DNA from: Paraspadella gotoi
Taxonomy: Eukaryota > Animalia > Chaetognatha
Direction: 5' to 3'
NCBI GenBank assembly: GCA_051294375.1
Contig: CM119263.1
Location: forward strand, 16,893,777-16,957,776
DNA: 64,000 nt
Made by a program: the position numbers and the translations under genes. Each line of letters opens with the position of its first letter. Within the stretch, counting starts at the first letter, position 1. Under the pieces are notes generated by a model, which saw nothing but the letters and a program-made list of their open reading frames with translations, did not search any database and was not told the DNA's origin. Shown one piece after another: positions 1 to 44,943 of the stretch.

Positions 1-98
1 CAAAAGAAAAGAAAAAACAAAAACAGAATTTTAGTAGAAAACTAAAATAAAACACAAGGGAAATAAAAACGAAAAAAACACGATAAAAAACACCTCAC

Positions 99-337
99 CC
101 CAGGGGTGATTTGATATATTTCCTTGAAGGAGAGAAACGCCTCTCTCGAACTTCTATCGTTGGTCTCGGCTGCGGCGAAATCTTCGTAGCGGTCGTCGTC
201 AACATCAAGGTCGACCACGCCGTCGTCGGCGCCGAATTCTTCCTTCACCAGACTCCAAGAGATGCTGGAGTGAGGGATGTGGGGATTGACAACAGCTCAC
301 AGCTGAGGGAGTAGAGGCGAGTGTCCTGTTCAATGAC
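99..337 (-). CDS. IgSF exon: Ig3 start (VIEQDTRLYSLSCE/AVVNPHIPHSSISWSLVKEEFG...EIYQITPG)
   Basis: TAG acceptor, GTGAGG donor; LSC..P..ISW motif with one frameshift near 296. Confidence 0.7.
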
Positions 338-1247
338 CTACGAATGTGATGATGTCAAGTTTGTGAATATAATAGAGGAGAGTAAGTAGGATAATGATTC
401 ACGACATTTACAATTATAAAATGTAAAATAAATTAATCAATAATTACTATATATTAAATAACAAACTAACAACACGAACAAAAACCTGTAGCTGCGGACA
501 GGCGAGTTTCGGCGCGAAGGTAACGTTGAGAGGGGGAAACGGCAAGCGGTCGAGACGTCGCTTTCGACATTGCCGACATTCTCGGACGCAGTATCATTCC
601 ATTTCGTTTCTCCTTTTTTCGGAATCCTTGGTCGTCGTCGTCGTCCTCATCGAAGGCGCACGACACGACTTGACGATCCTCTCGAGCGGTCGGCCTCAAA
701 GACAAGACGCTGAGGAGGGAGTCGCCCGTAGATTGAACGTCGACTCGCGCGTTGATCCCTGCTGTGGAGGAGAGAGCATTAGTACTACTTGGACTACTTG
801 GGACAAAAGAATACTGTTAATTAAGATGAGTCGTTCTTCTCTGTAAGTTGGCTGTAGTGAGTGAGGGTTTTAAAAAGTCGCCGTTCATCTCCTCTCTCTC
901 TCTCTCTCCTCTCTTCTCTCTCTCACTCTCTCTCTCTCCTTACCTCCACTTCATCCTCGTTCATCCTCCACACCATCCTCGGTCTCTTCCTTCCTCTCGT
1001 CTTCGTCTCGCAGTAAAACTTTACTCCTTTCCTTCCCGCAGCGTCGGAGGCGTTCCGGCGGGCGGCGTCAGTTCGGTCCTGCGTTCTCGGGAGGCGTGGC
1101 TGACATGTGGCAGCGCGGCGAGGACGCGACGCTTAGCGTAATAACCTGAAGGGTGCGAACGACGACATCGTCAAAACGAAACAAAAGATAAAAAGACAAG
1201 AACTGTTATCAAACAACTTGACCGACAATAAACAGGAAGACCAAATA

Positions 1248-1311
<64 letters not shown>

Positions 1312-2402
1312 TGAGGATCTCGAGCGACGCATTTGTAAGCGCCGGCGTCGTCGAAATCGGCGCCGCGAATAACCAAAACATAGACGGCGCCCTCGTTCGA
1401 TGCAGCTTCTGCGTCGTTTTTGTCATCGTTCAGAATGACTCTGTATTTTCGGGAGTCGACGCTCGAATCGTAGAGCTCCGAGCGAAGGAAATCATTTTGT
1501 CATCTGGGGTAATTATATATACTATAATCATATTTAGCAACGCTTGGGATGGTGCATTCCTCCTCTGAGCCAATGTGATTGACGGTGGATGTGAGGCGGC
1601 TCGTGAGTAGTGAATATCACATTCTTTTCGTGCGTCACATCTCACAATCATTGCTAAATACAGTTCGCTATTATCGTGCGACGCATGCAGATCGGACGCA
1701 CTGAGTCAGCAAGCAACATGATGATTGGCTCTTGATATATAATTCACGTCAAAACTTCATTGGTACCTAAACTGCTTCCCTTTCAGGTTTTCAATTAAGC
1801 ATTAAGTATCTAACATTTCCCTCGAGCTATTACATCTAAGTTGATGCGATAATCCTTTCTTTTTCGTTGTTTATTGATATTAGAGAAAGCAAAGCATTTT
1901 GAATTGTAACAACGATTTTAATTAATAGTTGGACATGTTTCGGCTTGTTTATTTCAAGCTTCATCAGCACTTGAAATAAACAAGCCGAAACATATCCAAC
2001 TATAATTAAAATCGTTGTTAAAATTCAAAATTCTTTGCTTTTCTCTTACATCTAAGTTAAAATAATAATAATACTTATGGAAAAGGTTTTTAAGACTCAT
2101 TTTTTGTTATTGATCACTTGCAGTTCCATGATTTTGTTTTATAATTATATAGGTGCAGCTTAAGATATATTCTAATAATTACTAACGATTTAATTAAAGA
2201 ATCTTTTCATTGCACATAAAAAACACCCTTAGTTAATCTTGTTAGGAGCAGCTGTACTTGCCCAACATATAGCAATACCTCTGATTCTGTTCCAGATGGC
2301 TGGCCTGTCGCTGGATAAGCATCGGAGAAACGCCGTCTCGCCGACTGTCACCATCATGTCCTCGGAAGTGCGCGGGTCTCCTCAAAAAGTATTTGTATGA
2401 AT
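99..2402 (-). CDS. Immunoglobulin-superfamily cell-surface protein (V-like domain followed by further Ig domains, nephrin/kirre/sidestep-like architecture); partial and frameshifted as assembled
   Basis: Five GT-AG exons give Ig motifs: EDMMVTVGETAFLRC..AIW; YVLVIRGADFDDAGAYKC; VKFYC..RPRMVW; SVLSLRPTAREDRQVVSC; LNVTFAP linker; YSLSCE..ISW. Each exon needs at least one 1-nt indel correction. The gene continues past the left edge. Confidence 0.8.
486..761 (-). CDS. IgSF exon: Ig2 second half (SLLSVLSLRPTAREDRQVVSC...LNVTFAPKLACPQLQ)
   Basis: CACAG/CAG tandem acceptor, GT donor in phase 0; SxLxLxPxxED..C motif and LNVxFxP linker in different frames. Confidence 0.7.
944..1145 (-). CDS. IgSF exon: Ig1 G strand and Ig2 start (VITLSVASSPRC...VKFYCETKTRGRKRPRMVWRMNEDEVE)
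   Basis: TTCAG acceptor, GTAAGG donor; Cys and Trp spacing of an Ig domain; internal frameshift(s). Confidence 0.7.
1311..1503 (-). CDS. IgSF exon: Ig1 strands D-F (DSRKYRVILNDDKNDAEAASNEGAVYVLVIRGADFDDAGAYKCVARDPQ)
   Basis: CCCCAG acceptor, GTTGAG donor; classic LxI..DxGxYxC motif; frameshift near 1480. Confidence 0.85.
1843..2045. mobile_element. Penelope-like retroelement remnant (inverted pseudo-LTR with tail) flanked by a 13-bp TSD
   Basis: TTACATCTAAGTT direct repeats at 1830-1842 and 2046-2058; ~76-bp inverted arms 1883-1958 and 1970-2045; ~40-bp unpaired extension 1843-1882; contains a hammerhead core. Confidence 0.75.
1927..1971 (-). ncRNA. Minimal type I hammerhead ribozyme motif
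   Basis: Minus strand reads AGUG-CUGAUGA-A-GCUUG(AAAUAAA)CAAGC-C-GAAAC-AU-GUC-CAACU: both core boxes, stem II, palindromic ACAUGU short stem III and a GUC cleavage triplet; stem I is very short. Confidence 0.7.
2279..2402 (-). CDS. IgSF exon: Ig1 strands A-C (EDMMVTVGETAFLRCLSSDRPAIWNRIR)
   Basis: TAG acceptor, GTATTG donor in phase 1 matching the next exon; vGxxaxLxC and W motifs. Confidence 0.75.
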
Positions 2403-4246
2403 CTATGTATGAATCGACTGTGACGGACATTTTGTCATTTTTCATATGTATTCAACGTTATATTTACATGTTTGCGACAAAATGGATAAAAGAATTGAAT
2501 ATAAGAAATCCAGTTTTTGGTTTTTTTTTTTTTTTTGTTTTCAGGATTTTTCAGGAAAACGTTAAAATTAGTTATGTATATGATAAATATCACAAATTAT
2601 GTGGATAAGGCCATAAATGGGTTGAAGACTACTATCTTAACTCTATTCCCATCGGCACCATGGAACGGGTCGAGGGTGTGGAACGAGTTTTGACGGATTC
2701 CACGACCCCAAGGAGGTTTACGCCGACTGCACGGTTCCCGCAGAGTAGGGACCGGAATTGAAGCCGGTACCTAGTGATCATTAGCTGATGGCTTTACTCA
2801 ATAAGTCTCATTCTTATAGCGGGCTGAACTTATATAAGTCCGACTACAATTATAAAAAAAAATTATTTATTATTATTATTATTTATTAAAGAGGTAGATA
2901 AAGTAAATTGAATTCGTTTTAATTTCTTCATCACGACACTTGGGCATTGAAACACTTTGACCTCGGTCCGCATGCGCAGGTTGAAAATAAAATTACATGT
3001 GTGTGCGAATTTTACGATAGTTCGTGGAACTACCTAACTACGCTGCATAGATTTATGATAACGGTGAAAGAAAGCATAAAAATTATATTTAATTATCACC
3101 TGGCGATCGAAAGCTGATGAGACGAAAATTTGGGTGAAGGAGATGAAAATGAAATTCGATGGATTAAAAACCATTTTTTTAAATTTTTACAATTGTTTAA
3201 AGATTTTCATCAAGAACCTGGCAAAATATAACGATTCAGAGAGAAAATTCGTCTAATCAAAGTAAAATTAATTAGGAAGTTGAGGTACCGATTATAAATT
3301 GAACACCATATGCATTTTTTTGTTTGCTACGTTTCTAAAACGTACCGCAATCAATTTTTTTTTTTGCGCCTAAGTTTCCCGGAGAGACGAATACACATCC
3401 GACTGACCGGAAACGAGCGGAAATGACGCCACAGAAAAAAAAAAAGAAAGAAAGAAAGAAAAAAAAACGCGCGCTGAAGGAAATTATATAGTGAACCCTC
3501 GGTGTCCGGCGCAACTGCGCGCCTGGCGAGGGAAGGGGGTGGGTACCGAGGAAGAGGCGGTCAGAGAGATGAGGGCGTGAAGGTGAGTGGCGGGAAATAA
3601 TTGTGAAATGTTGAGGAATGTCTCGAGAGAGTGAAATGCGAAGGGGGCGGGGAGGGGGGGTCTGCGCTGGTGCGCGGTGGGGATTTGGTCATTCATGGAT
3701 TGGAACTTGGTGACGTCGGGTTGTCGAGTAAGGGGAGGACGTCTCCAGTTGGCGTATTGCGCGACAAAGCGGAAGAGACCAGCGCCATCTAGGGCGTGGA
3801 ATCGGACGCGGCTCGAACAGCAAAGCGAGCGGAAATCCGTCCGCGCTCGATCGTCAACCGCGACGACCCCGAAGGCGTCCGACGCTGCCCGGCGTTTTTC
3901 CCGACGCCGCCCGACGCCGCCCGTCCCGACCGCCGACATTCGGTGGCCCGCCGACGCCAGACCGCGGAAAGCGAGGACGGACTCTCCCGAGGAAATCGAG
4001 GGATTAAATGGTGGGATTGCGTCACTCAGTCGCGGGGGAACCGGGGTGAATTTCGGAGGGAGAGAGGGGCCCGGGGGCCAGGGGGGTGGAGTTAGGTGGT
4101 GTGTGTGAGTATAAGTTGCAGTTCGTTGGCGGAGATGGAAGAGCAAAAATCTCGCCTCTCGATGCGAAATCCGATGGAACTTTGTCGGGTAGAGTCGGAA
4201 TCAGGGATCTGGTCTCTCGCAAAAGCCACCGATTCTTTTGAAAAGT

Positions 4247-4331
<85 letters not shown>

Positions 4332-4514
4332 CGCTCTCTCTCTCTCTCTCGCTTCCTGTTTGTCCTACCCTCACCCTCCCACTCTATCACTCTCCTCTCT
4401 CTATCTTACTTATCTTTCGCGGATATACAAATATAGATGAGAAGACAAGGCGGGGTGCCTTTAATATTTGGGAGAAACTTTCCTAAATGAAGAGAAGTGG
4501 CCTTAGCACCCGTT

Positions 4515-4547
<33 letters not shown>

Positions 4548-5009
4548 GTCTCCTCGCGCATAACGCGAATATTTATTTTCTTTAGGTGACGAACGCTTTA
4601 TTTTAATTTCTGACGCTGTCATTTTGCGATTTTACTGTCTTCACAAACAATCAGAAAGCCTGTCTGAAATTTTTTTTACATTATTCCGGATCGGTTGCAA
4701 TGAGTGCAATGACTGTATAAGTGAACATACAGTGTACAATACCTCTTTTCACTCGTAATATCTTTTTCTTTTTTCTTTCTCATTCTCTAAAATTGAAATG
4801 GTTTATTGTTTTTAACGAAGGTTTCAAAACTGAATTTCCTTGGAATCCCAACTCTTCAGTCTTGACACCCCGAGCTGACCTTCTGTCAACTCAACTCGGC
4901 CTCAACTGGCCCAGTCTTGAAAATACAACCCTCGTCTTTCTAACTTTGACGTCGCCAATCAAAAATCGCTGAGACTCGCATATTCTCGTCCTTGCTGATA
5001 ATATCGAGA

Positions 5010-5091
<82 letters not shown>

Positions 5092-6630
5092 ATAATAAAT
5101 TGAAAAGAGTGAGTCGAGAATATAAAGAACTCCCATAGCTCCCTTTCTAGCTTTTTAAAAAAATATCTCCAGTACAGAAATGTTTTACAAAATGCTTCTC
5201 TGTCTTGGGCTTTTATTTTTGGAGTCTTCGCAAGAAATAAGCACTGTATTCAATTTATTTTTGAATACAAATCTATTACGAAAATAAAAACAAGATTTTA
5301 TATAGATTGGTTTATTAGATAATTTGATTGCTTAATTGTCTATATCTTTATTTAGGTAATGAATGTTGAGAGATGTCAATCATGGATCATACATAAATTG
5401 CTACTGTAACTGAGTTCAGTATAGTTTAGCTTTAAAGATCACCATGTGATTACTCTTATTCTCAAACCGTATTTCGTCCCACATTTGGATATGATTGAAT
5501 TTTTCCACGTTTAAGATTTGAGAGTGAGAGAGATCGAAAAAAAATCTCTGGACCACACTGCGGCCCTAAGAGTCGGAGGGTGGGGAGTGGGGCGAGGCGG
5601 GGGAAGGGAAGGGGAGAAGGGAAGGGGAGGGATACACAAAAATACGATGAAAACATCCTAATTTTCGGTCATGCAAGAATTTTTTTCTTTTTCTTTTTTA
5701 ATCAAAATAAAAACACGAAAAGGACGGTGTCATTTCACTACCAAATTACAATTTAAAATTGAGAACTCAGTTTTATGCAAATCAGTTTTATTGGCTACGT
5801 GAAAAGATTAAGATTAATGAATAATAGTGAAATAACAGCGACGCAAAATTTTACCCAAAAATTGGACATAACGAATTAGACCAAAAACGCGACTGCTTCA
5901 ACTAAATAGTTAAATAATCTAAAAGAATCGATTGAATGTTTATAACCAAGTTTGTTTCGCTTCTATTGAAAATAAAACGACAGATAATGCCCGTGGGATA
6001 TGATATAAAATTATAATAACAACCAAAAAGAACTAATTCATGATAGAAAAAAAACATTTGGAATTTTTATAACGTATGGCGCCACGTCTTCGACCTGGTT
6101 CGAGGAAAATTAAAACTTAATAGATTGAAAAACAAGAAGCAAAAACAAAACAAAAACACCCTCCCAAACCACAAAAATTAATAAAAAGAATGGCAGCCAT
6201 TTAAAAAAAAATGAAAAATGATCTAATGGCAGAGTCTAAATTTGTTCCGTCCCACACACTCCTTCTGGTTCAAAAAGAAAACAAAGGATTTTTAGTCACC
6301 GACCATTATTTTTTTGAAACTATTTGATAAACATTACAAATCATACGGTTTTTTGTTTTTCAATTTTTCAATACTCAAAAGACTTAAATAATAAATAGTA
6401 AATAGTATATAACAAAACAGTTTCCACGCGACTATAAAGAAAAAAAAATCCAAATTTTTCCCACGAACCAGACACGAGAGGAGTTCGCCCCCCCCCAGGA
6501 TATCGCCCCCTGCCCACCCTCCCCTTTATAAAAAAAAAGAGAGGAAAACCCTTCTTCCCCCACCCCCACGCGTCCCCTTGGGGGAGGGGAACAACAAACC
6601 GAAAGATTTGGGGGGCAGGGAAAAATGTCG

Positions 6631-26686
<20,056 letters not shown>

Positions 26687-26988
26687 CTGAAAAGGAAAAG
26701 GGGGGAGAGGGGGGGGGGCAACGATCAGCGATTCGCAGACGCCCAATGCATTTCTTGCCGTTTCATCGAGAGGGACGAGGGGGGGGGTGAATGAGAAAGG
26801 TATGAAAGAGAAAAAGAAAGAAAGAAAGAAAGAAAGAAAGGAAAGAAGAAAAAAGAAGAAAGATAAGAAGAAAGAAAGAAAGAAAGAAGAAGAAATATTA
26901 AGGGGGAGAGAGAAAGAGAGAAAAGAAAAAAGAGAAAGAAGAGAAGAAAGAGACGAGAGAGGAGAGAGAGAGAGAGAGAGAGAGAAGA

Positions 26989-27035
<47 letters not shown>

Positions 27036-27522
27036 GCACGCCATTCAAAATGGCGGAACCGTTAAGCCTCCATTCACAGATTCCGTGGATTTTTCAATTC
27101 GAATCTCACAGATTCTTCGCGTGAACAATTTCACTCGCGATTCCCTTTGCTCGAAAACGCGTCACAGTTGCCGTCGTCGTCGTCGTCGTCGTCGTTAAAG
27201 TAGTCTTCGGCATGGACATCGTTCTCATCATCGTCGTATAAAAATTGATGGCAACGCCATTAGGAATCAATGGACGGCGCGTTGGCTTTTGCGGCAAGGA
27301 TGGAGACTGGGGGGTTGAGGTCAGAGAAAAAAAGGGAAATGGCGGAGCCTTGGTTTAAAGTATTTAAAGAAAAAAAAAGAGCAGACGATTAAGTCGTGTT
27401 TAAACTACGATTAAAATGTAAGTAAAGTTAATCGAATTATGAAATAAAAACGTTATCAAAAGTAGTTCGCAATTTATAAATTTATATATTTATTTGTTAA
27501 AGCGATCATTTAGACTATTCAC

Positions 27523-27665
27523 GTAGTTTTTGAAATTTTTGTTGCAAGAAATGTCATTTTATTGACGACAGAGACGAGGAGAAAGACGAATGAGAGAAAG
27601 CGGAAAGAAAGGCGACGACGACGACGACGACGATGAAGGCGACGACAACAACGATTGGTTTGTCG
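27523..27665 (-). CDS. Candidate signal-peptide exon of the Cys-loop receptor (RQTNRCCRRLHRRRRRRRLSFRFLSFVFLLVSVVNKMTFLATKISKT)
   Basis: Good TTTCTTTTCAG acceptor; weak GTGAAT donor in phase 2, which matches the next exon; basic then hydrophobic stretch. No start exon found, and the Arg run is a (CGT)n repeat, so this may be chance. Confidence 0.3.
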
Positions 27666-29121
27666 CTGAAAAGAAAGATGAATGTGCGGTAGAATTAAAT
27701 CAACGTAGCAGGAGTAAGAAAAAAAAAGGGAAATGAAAAAGGAGGAGAAAAAAGAATAAAATAAGAGAACGACTGACGTTAGGTTAACTTTTAAACTAAC
27801 AATTAGAAGATGAAGACGCAATGGAGAACAACAACGACGAGGACGACGACAACGACGACTCTGGAAGAGATTGCACCTCCGAAAATGAAACGAGGTCTTC
27901 GGTCGGAGGATATAGAATAAAAATTCTATCAGGAAGTCGTCGAAGGGAAAAGAAGACGACGACGACAACAAAGATGACGAAGACGACGATGACGAAGACG
28001 ATGATGATGAAAATGATGACGATGACTGATTATGATGACGATGATGAAAACATAAGGAAAATGACAGGGCTACCACATCAACGACTATCGTAGAAAAGGC
28101 GCCAACGAAGACTTGGATGACGTTGAGAGATGAAGAGAATGAAGTCGACGCTTAATCGATTCCTCCATCCAACTTCCTCACTTTTCAATTCCCCACCTTC
28201 TCTCTCTTTTTTCTTCTCGGCGACCTCACCTTTTCACATGACTCGCCCTACCGATCTGATTTTTTACAGTTTTACATTTACATTTTACATTTTTTAGAGA
28301 GTTCTCAGCAGCCAGCTATTCTTTTTTTTTTTTTTTGAAACTTTTCGCTGAAATCTAGTTATCATGTTATGAAAAAAATTTAAAAAAGGAGGAAATACGG
28401 TAAAAATTATTTGTTTATGGCAACTGCATAGGAGAGAGCCGGAGGTAGTGGAGGTAAAAAAGACAAAAAAATCAAGAAGCCAAGGGAAAAAAAACCAAAA
28501 AAAAACCAAAAAACAAAACAAAAAACAGGCAGGGAAATCTTTTAAGTGATTTTCTTTCCCGCGGCGAAAAACAAGGGACAGTGATAGCGGGAAATATGAG
28601 TCATATTATGACAGTGAAAAAACGTAGTGCGAGTGGAGTGGAGTGGAGCGAGTAGAGAGTGGAAGCAGAGCGTCTCCTGGAATTAAATAAAACTGTCGAT
28701 CAGCATTCGACCAGTTTTGATCTTTTCAACTCAGAGTCTAAGGATGAAAAAATGAAATCTTTTCGCGCAACACTGCATCCAGTTTTTGGAAAAATCGGAA
28801 GACTTTTTACATACGTAAGTAACGTCATGAAATTGGTACGACCAATATAATTTGGCGCAACCAATGAAATTTTAAAAGTTTTTCACTAACGCTGGTCCAA
28901 ATCAGGTTTTGTTTCGGACCTCGCGTCGAGAAAGAACAGGCCAGAAAAAAAAAGAAGGGGAAAAAAAAGGGAGCATGTCTCTCGACCGGAAATGGGAGCG
29001 AGTTTTATGGCACGTGACGTCACCTGAAAAATGTGAAGGACGCATGAAGAGTTTCACGATGGGTTCTTGATAGGATGGCGCTTGAAACGGTGGTGCGTTC
29101 TCTTTTTTTAATAAATATGAC

Positions 29122-41194
<12,073 letters not shown>

Positions 41195-41450
41195 NNNNNN
41201 NNNNNNNNNNNNNNNNNNNTTCATATTATTAAAAAAAAGAGAGAAGGCACCGACTCGGTTCGAAGACGAGAAAAAAAAAAGTGCGAGGATAGTCGTCGTC
41301 GTCGCGTCGTCGTCGTCGTTGATTTGATTGGCGACCACCCTTCGCGGCGAATCGGCGACAAAAAATATGAAATATGACCGACGCGGAAGAAGATTAATCT
41401 GAGAACGCATCTGCGGAGGGGGGGGGGTAGGGGGGAGGGGAATTTGTAAA

Positions 41451-42646
41451 AAAAAAAAAAAAAATTGTTCGAAGTGGAAACTGGAGAAAAAAAGCTCGAT
41501 GACGCACGAGACGAGGTCGGCGACGTCTTAAACATTTCTCGCTTCGGATTTTTCTTCTTTTTTTTTCTCTCTCGAGTCCGGAAGTTGACTCTTAGCGAAG
41601 CGCGAAAGACAAACGACGACCGGAAACGACCGGAAAGATGGCGTCGAAAGAAGAGCGAAGCCGGAGGATCGATAGATTGGCGCCTACCGAGCCGCTGTAA
41701 CCATGGTAACACGAAAAATGACGACGGGCTTCATTTTTTTTTTAGGGAGCGGGGAGCGGGAAGTAGGGAGCAGGGAACAGGGAGGGACAACGAAAAAGAT
41801 AAAAAATATGACCTCCGGCGATTAGTAGTCTGCGTCGGTAGTTGACAGTGATAGGGAGCCCGACAGCAATCACGACGAATCACGCGCGATGACATTTCCG
41901 AGAATTTGATTTCGAGTCGTGATTCGTGAGGAGGACGAACTCGTCAGAGCGTGATACACTTTTCATTAAACAAGCTTAGCGAGAAAATCGATTTATAGGA
42001 ATAGAAATAGAAAAAAAAAAAAAGAGGTTGAGCCAACGTTTCTCCTTTTTTTCTTTTTTTTTTTATTTCGTCCTCTTTTTATGAAAGTTTTCACGGTCAT
42101 CGACTCGCGATTTGAATTGAGCTTGTTCTTGAAATTTTTTTTTTTGAAAAATTTCAATTTTAAAAAAAAAATTTTATGTCGTATGTTTATTTTTTTTTTC
42201 TACTGCAGATCCGGCAAAACTAAATGAAGGAAAGAATTAATGAAGAATATGAAAATAAATAAGCAAATGAAAAAAAATGAAAAGGAACTCTCGTCGCTGA
42301 GAGCGCGACGCGAAAAATCCCCGTGAACCTTCACCAAATCAAATTCACCGTCGGCGCGAGTTAATCAATCACGGGGAAATCACGCGAAAATCACCGCACG
42401 AAAATCACTGCGAACGTAAACAACGTCACCCGCGAATCACCGCCCGTCACGATCGCGGGCCTCACGGAGCCGAGGATTCAACGACGCCAAAAAAAAAAAA
42501 AGCCGGGCGCTTTCTTTGGCTTCGACTTCAAACTGAAGCCAAAACTGTTTTGTGAGAGAAAGTGGGGGCGGGGGTGAGAGGTGTGGGGGGTAGGGGTTGG
42601 GTGAAAGGAAGAATTTTAATCAGAGCTGATAGGGAAGAGAAGGAGC

Positions 42647-42713
<67 letters not shown>

Positions 42714-44027
42714 AGGAGAGAGAAGAGAGAGAGTTTGAAAGGCGCTCCGGATTTTTATTCCTTTTGTCATGAAAATTTTGAAAGCAAATCTGCAAAGAAT
42801 GGATCTCATCTGAGAAAATAAGATTCCCCCCCGCCCCCAAAAAAAAAAAAAATTGTTCGAAGTGGAAACTGGAGAAAAAAAGCTCGATGACGCACGAGAC
42901 GAGGTCGGCGACGTCTTAAACATTTCTCGCTTCGGATTTTCTTCTTTTTTTTTTTCTCCTCGAGTCCGGAAGTTGACTCTTCGCGAAGCGCGAAGACAAA
43001 CGACGACCGGAAACGACCGGAAAGATGGCGTCGAAAGAAGAGCGAAGCCGGAGGATCGATAGATTGGCGCCTACCGAGCCGCTGTAACCATGGTAACACG
43101 AAAAATGACGACGGGCTTCATTTTTTTTTAGGGGAGCGGGGAGCGGGAAGTAGGGAGCAGGGAACAGGGAGGGACAACGAAAAAGATAAAAAATATGACC
43201 TCCGGCGATTAGTAGTCTGCGTCGGTAGTTGACAGTGATAGGGAGCCCGACAGCAATCACGACGAATCACGCGCGATGACATTTCCGAGAATTTGATTTC
43301 GAGTCGTGATTCGTGAGGAGGACGAACTCGTCAGAGCGTGATACACTTTTCATTAAACAAGCTTAGCGAGAAAATCGATTTATAGGAATAGAAATAGAAA
43401 AAAAAAAAGAGGTTGAGCCAACGTTTCTCCTTTTTTCTTTTTTTTTTTTATTTCGTCCTCTTTTTATGAAAGTTTTCACGGTCATCGACTCCGATTTGAA
43501 TTGAGCTTGTTCTTGAAATTCTTTTTTTTTTTGAAAAATTTCAATTTTAAAAAAAAAATTTTATGTCGTATGTTTATTTTTTTTTTCTACTGCAGATCCG
43601 GCAAAACTAAATGAAGGAAAGAATTAATGAAAGAATATGAAAATAAATAAGCAAATGAAAAAAAATGAAAAAGGAACTCTCGTCGCTGAGAGCGCGACGC
43701 GAAAAATCCCCGTGAACCTTCACCAAATCAAATTCACCGTCGGCGCGAGTTAATCAATCACGGGGAAATCACGCGAAAATCACCGCCACGAAAATCACTG
43801 CGAACGTAAACAACGTCACCCGCGAATCACCGCCCGTCACGATCGCGGGGCCTCACGGAGCGAGGATTCAACGACGCAAAAAAAAAAAAAAGCCGGCGCT
43901 TTCTTTGGCTTCGACCTCAAACTGAAGCCAAACACTGTTTTGTGAGAGAAAGTGGGGGGTGAGAAGGGTGGGGGGGTAGGGGTTGGGTGAAAGGAAGAAT
44001 TTTAATCAGAGCTGATAGGGAAGAGAA

Positions 44028-44111
<84 letters not shown>

Positions 44112-44225
44112 CAGAGAAAGAGAGAGTTTGAAAGGCGCTCCGGATTTTTAGTTCCTTTTGTCATGAAAATTTTGAAAGCAAATCTGCAAAGAATGGATCT
44201 CATCTGAGAAATAAGATTCCCCCGC
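41451..44225. repeat. Tandem direct duplication, unit ~1.39 kb (41451-42838 and 42839-44225)
   Basis: TTGTTCGAAGTGGAAACTGG starts at 41465 and 42853 and the match continues to GATTCCCCC; differences are mostly homopolymer indels. Confidence 0.95.
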
Positions 44226-44896
44226 ACCTCTTACTCCCTTATCTCTTTATTTTTAACTCAGTCTTTCGAATCTTTACGAACTTTCACATCATTTATTGTG
44301 GTGAATCGAGGGATTTAACTATCGATAGTATGCAAACGCAACGAAAAAAAAAAAGATTATTGACAAAGTAAGAAATGAAATCAAATAAACCACGGCCGTG
44401 GTGGCCTCAGGGTTGTCGTCGTTGTTGTCGTCGTCGTAATCGTCGTCGTCGTCGTCCTCCATCTCGTCTTTCCTCTGCTAAATCCTACACCCCCAACCCC
44501 ATTAACCCGGCCTCGGTTCCCGGGGAGAGAAAAATATATTTAAAATAAAAGAAAATTAAAAAAGAAAGAAAAAGGAAAAATAAAAGAAAAAAAAAACTCT
44601 TAATCTAGGCTCCTTTGTTTTTGGTTCCTTTTTTTTTTTAAGACCCAATCCTTTTTCCTTTATTTTGCACCTTCAGCAGGTTTGCTAAACAACTGCACTT
44701 GAAGCCCACATCTCTCTCTCGTTCTCTCTTTCTTTCTCTCGGAGTGTGCGCTTGTGTTAGTGTGACTGTCTCTTTCTCCACCTCTATTGCATCCGTTGGG
44801 AACATTGCTGCCATGAGGCAAAATCGATGCAACATTGGTTTGATAAAGACGCAAAAAAGAAAAAGAAAATAGAAGAAGGGGAGAGAGAGAAAGAGC

Positions 44897-44943
<47 letters not shown>

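Noticed and set aside
1565-1770. Cluster of CCAAT, TGAGTCA and CRE-like sites
   Set aside because: Short motifs expected by chance; intronic, with no independent support.
3484-4240. GC-rich block with overlapping ORFs of 99-220 aa
   Set aside because: No recognisable motifs or convincing splice sites. It may be the 5' or regulatory region of the IgSF gene, but this cannot be supported.
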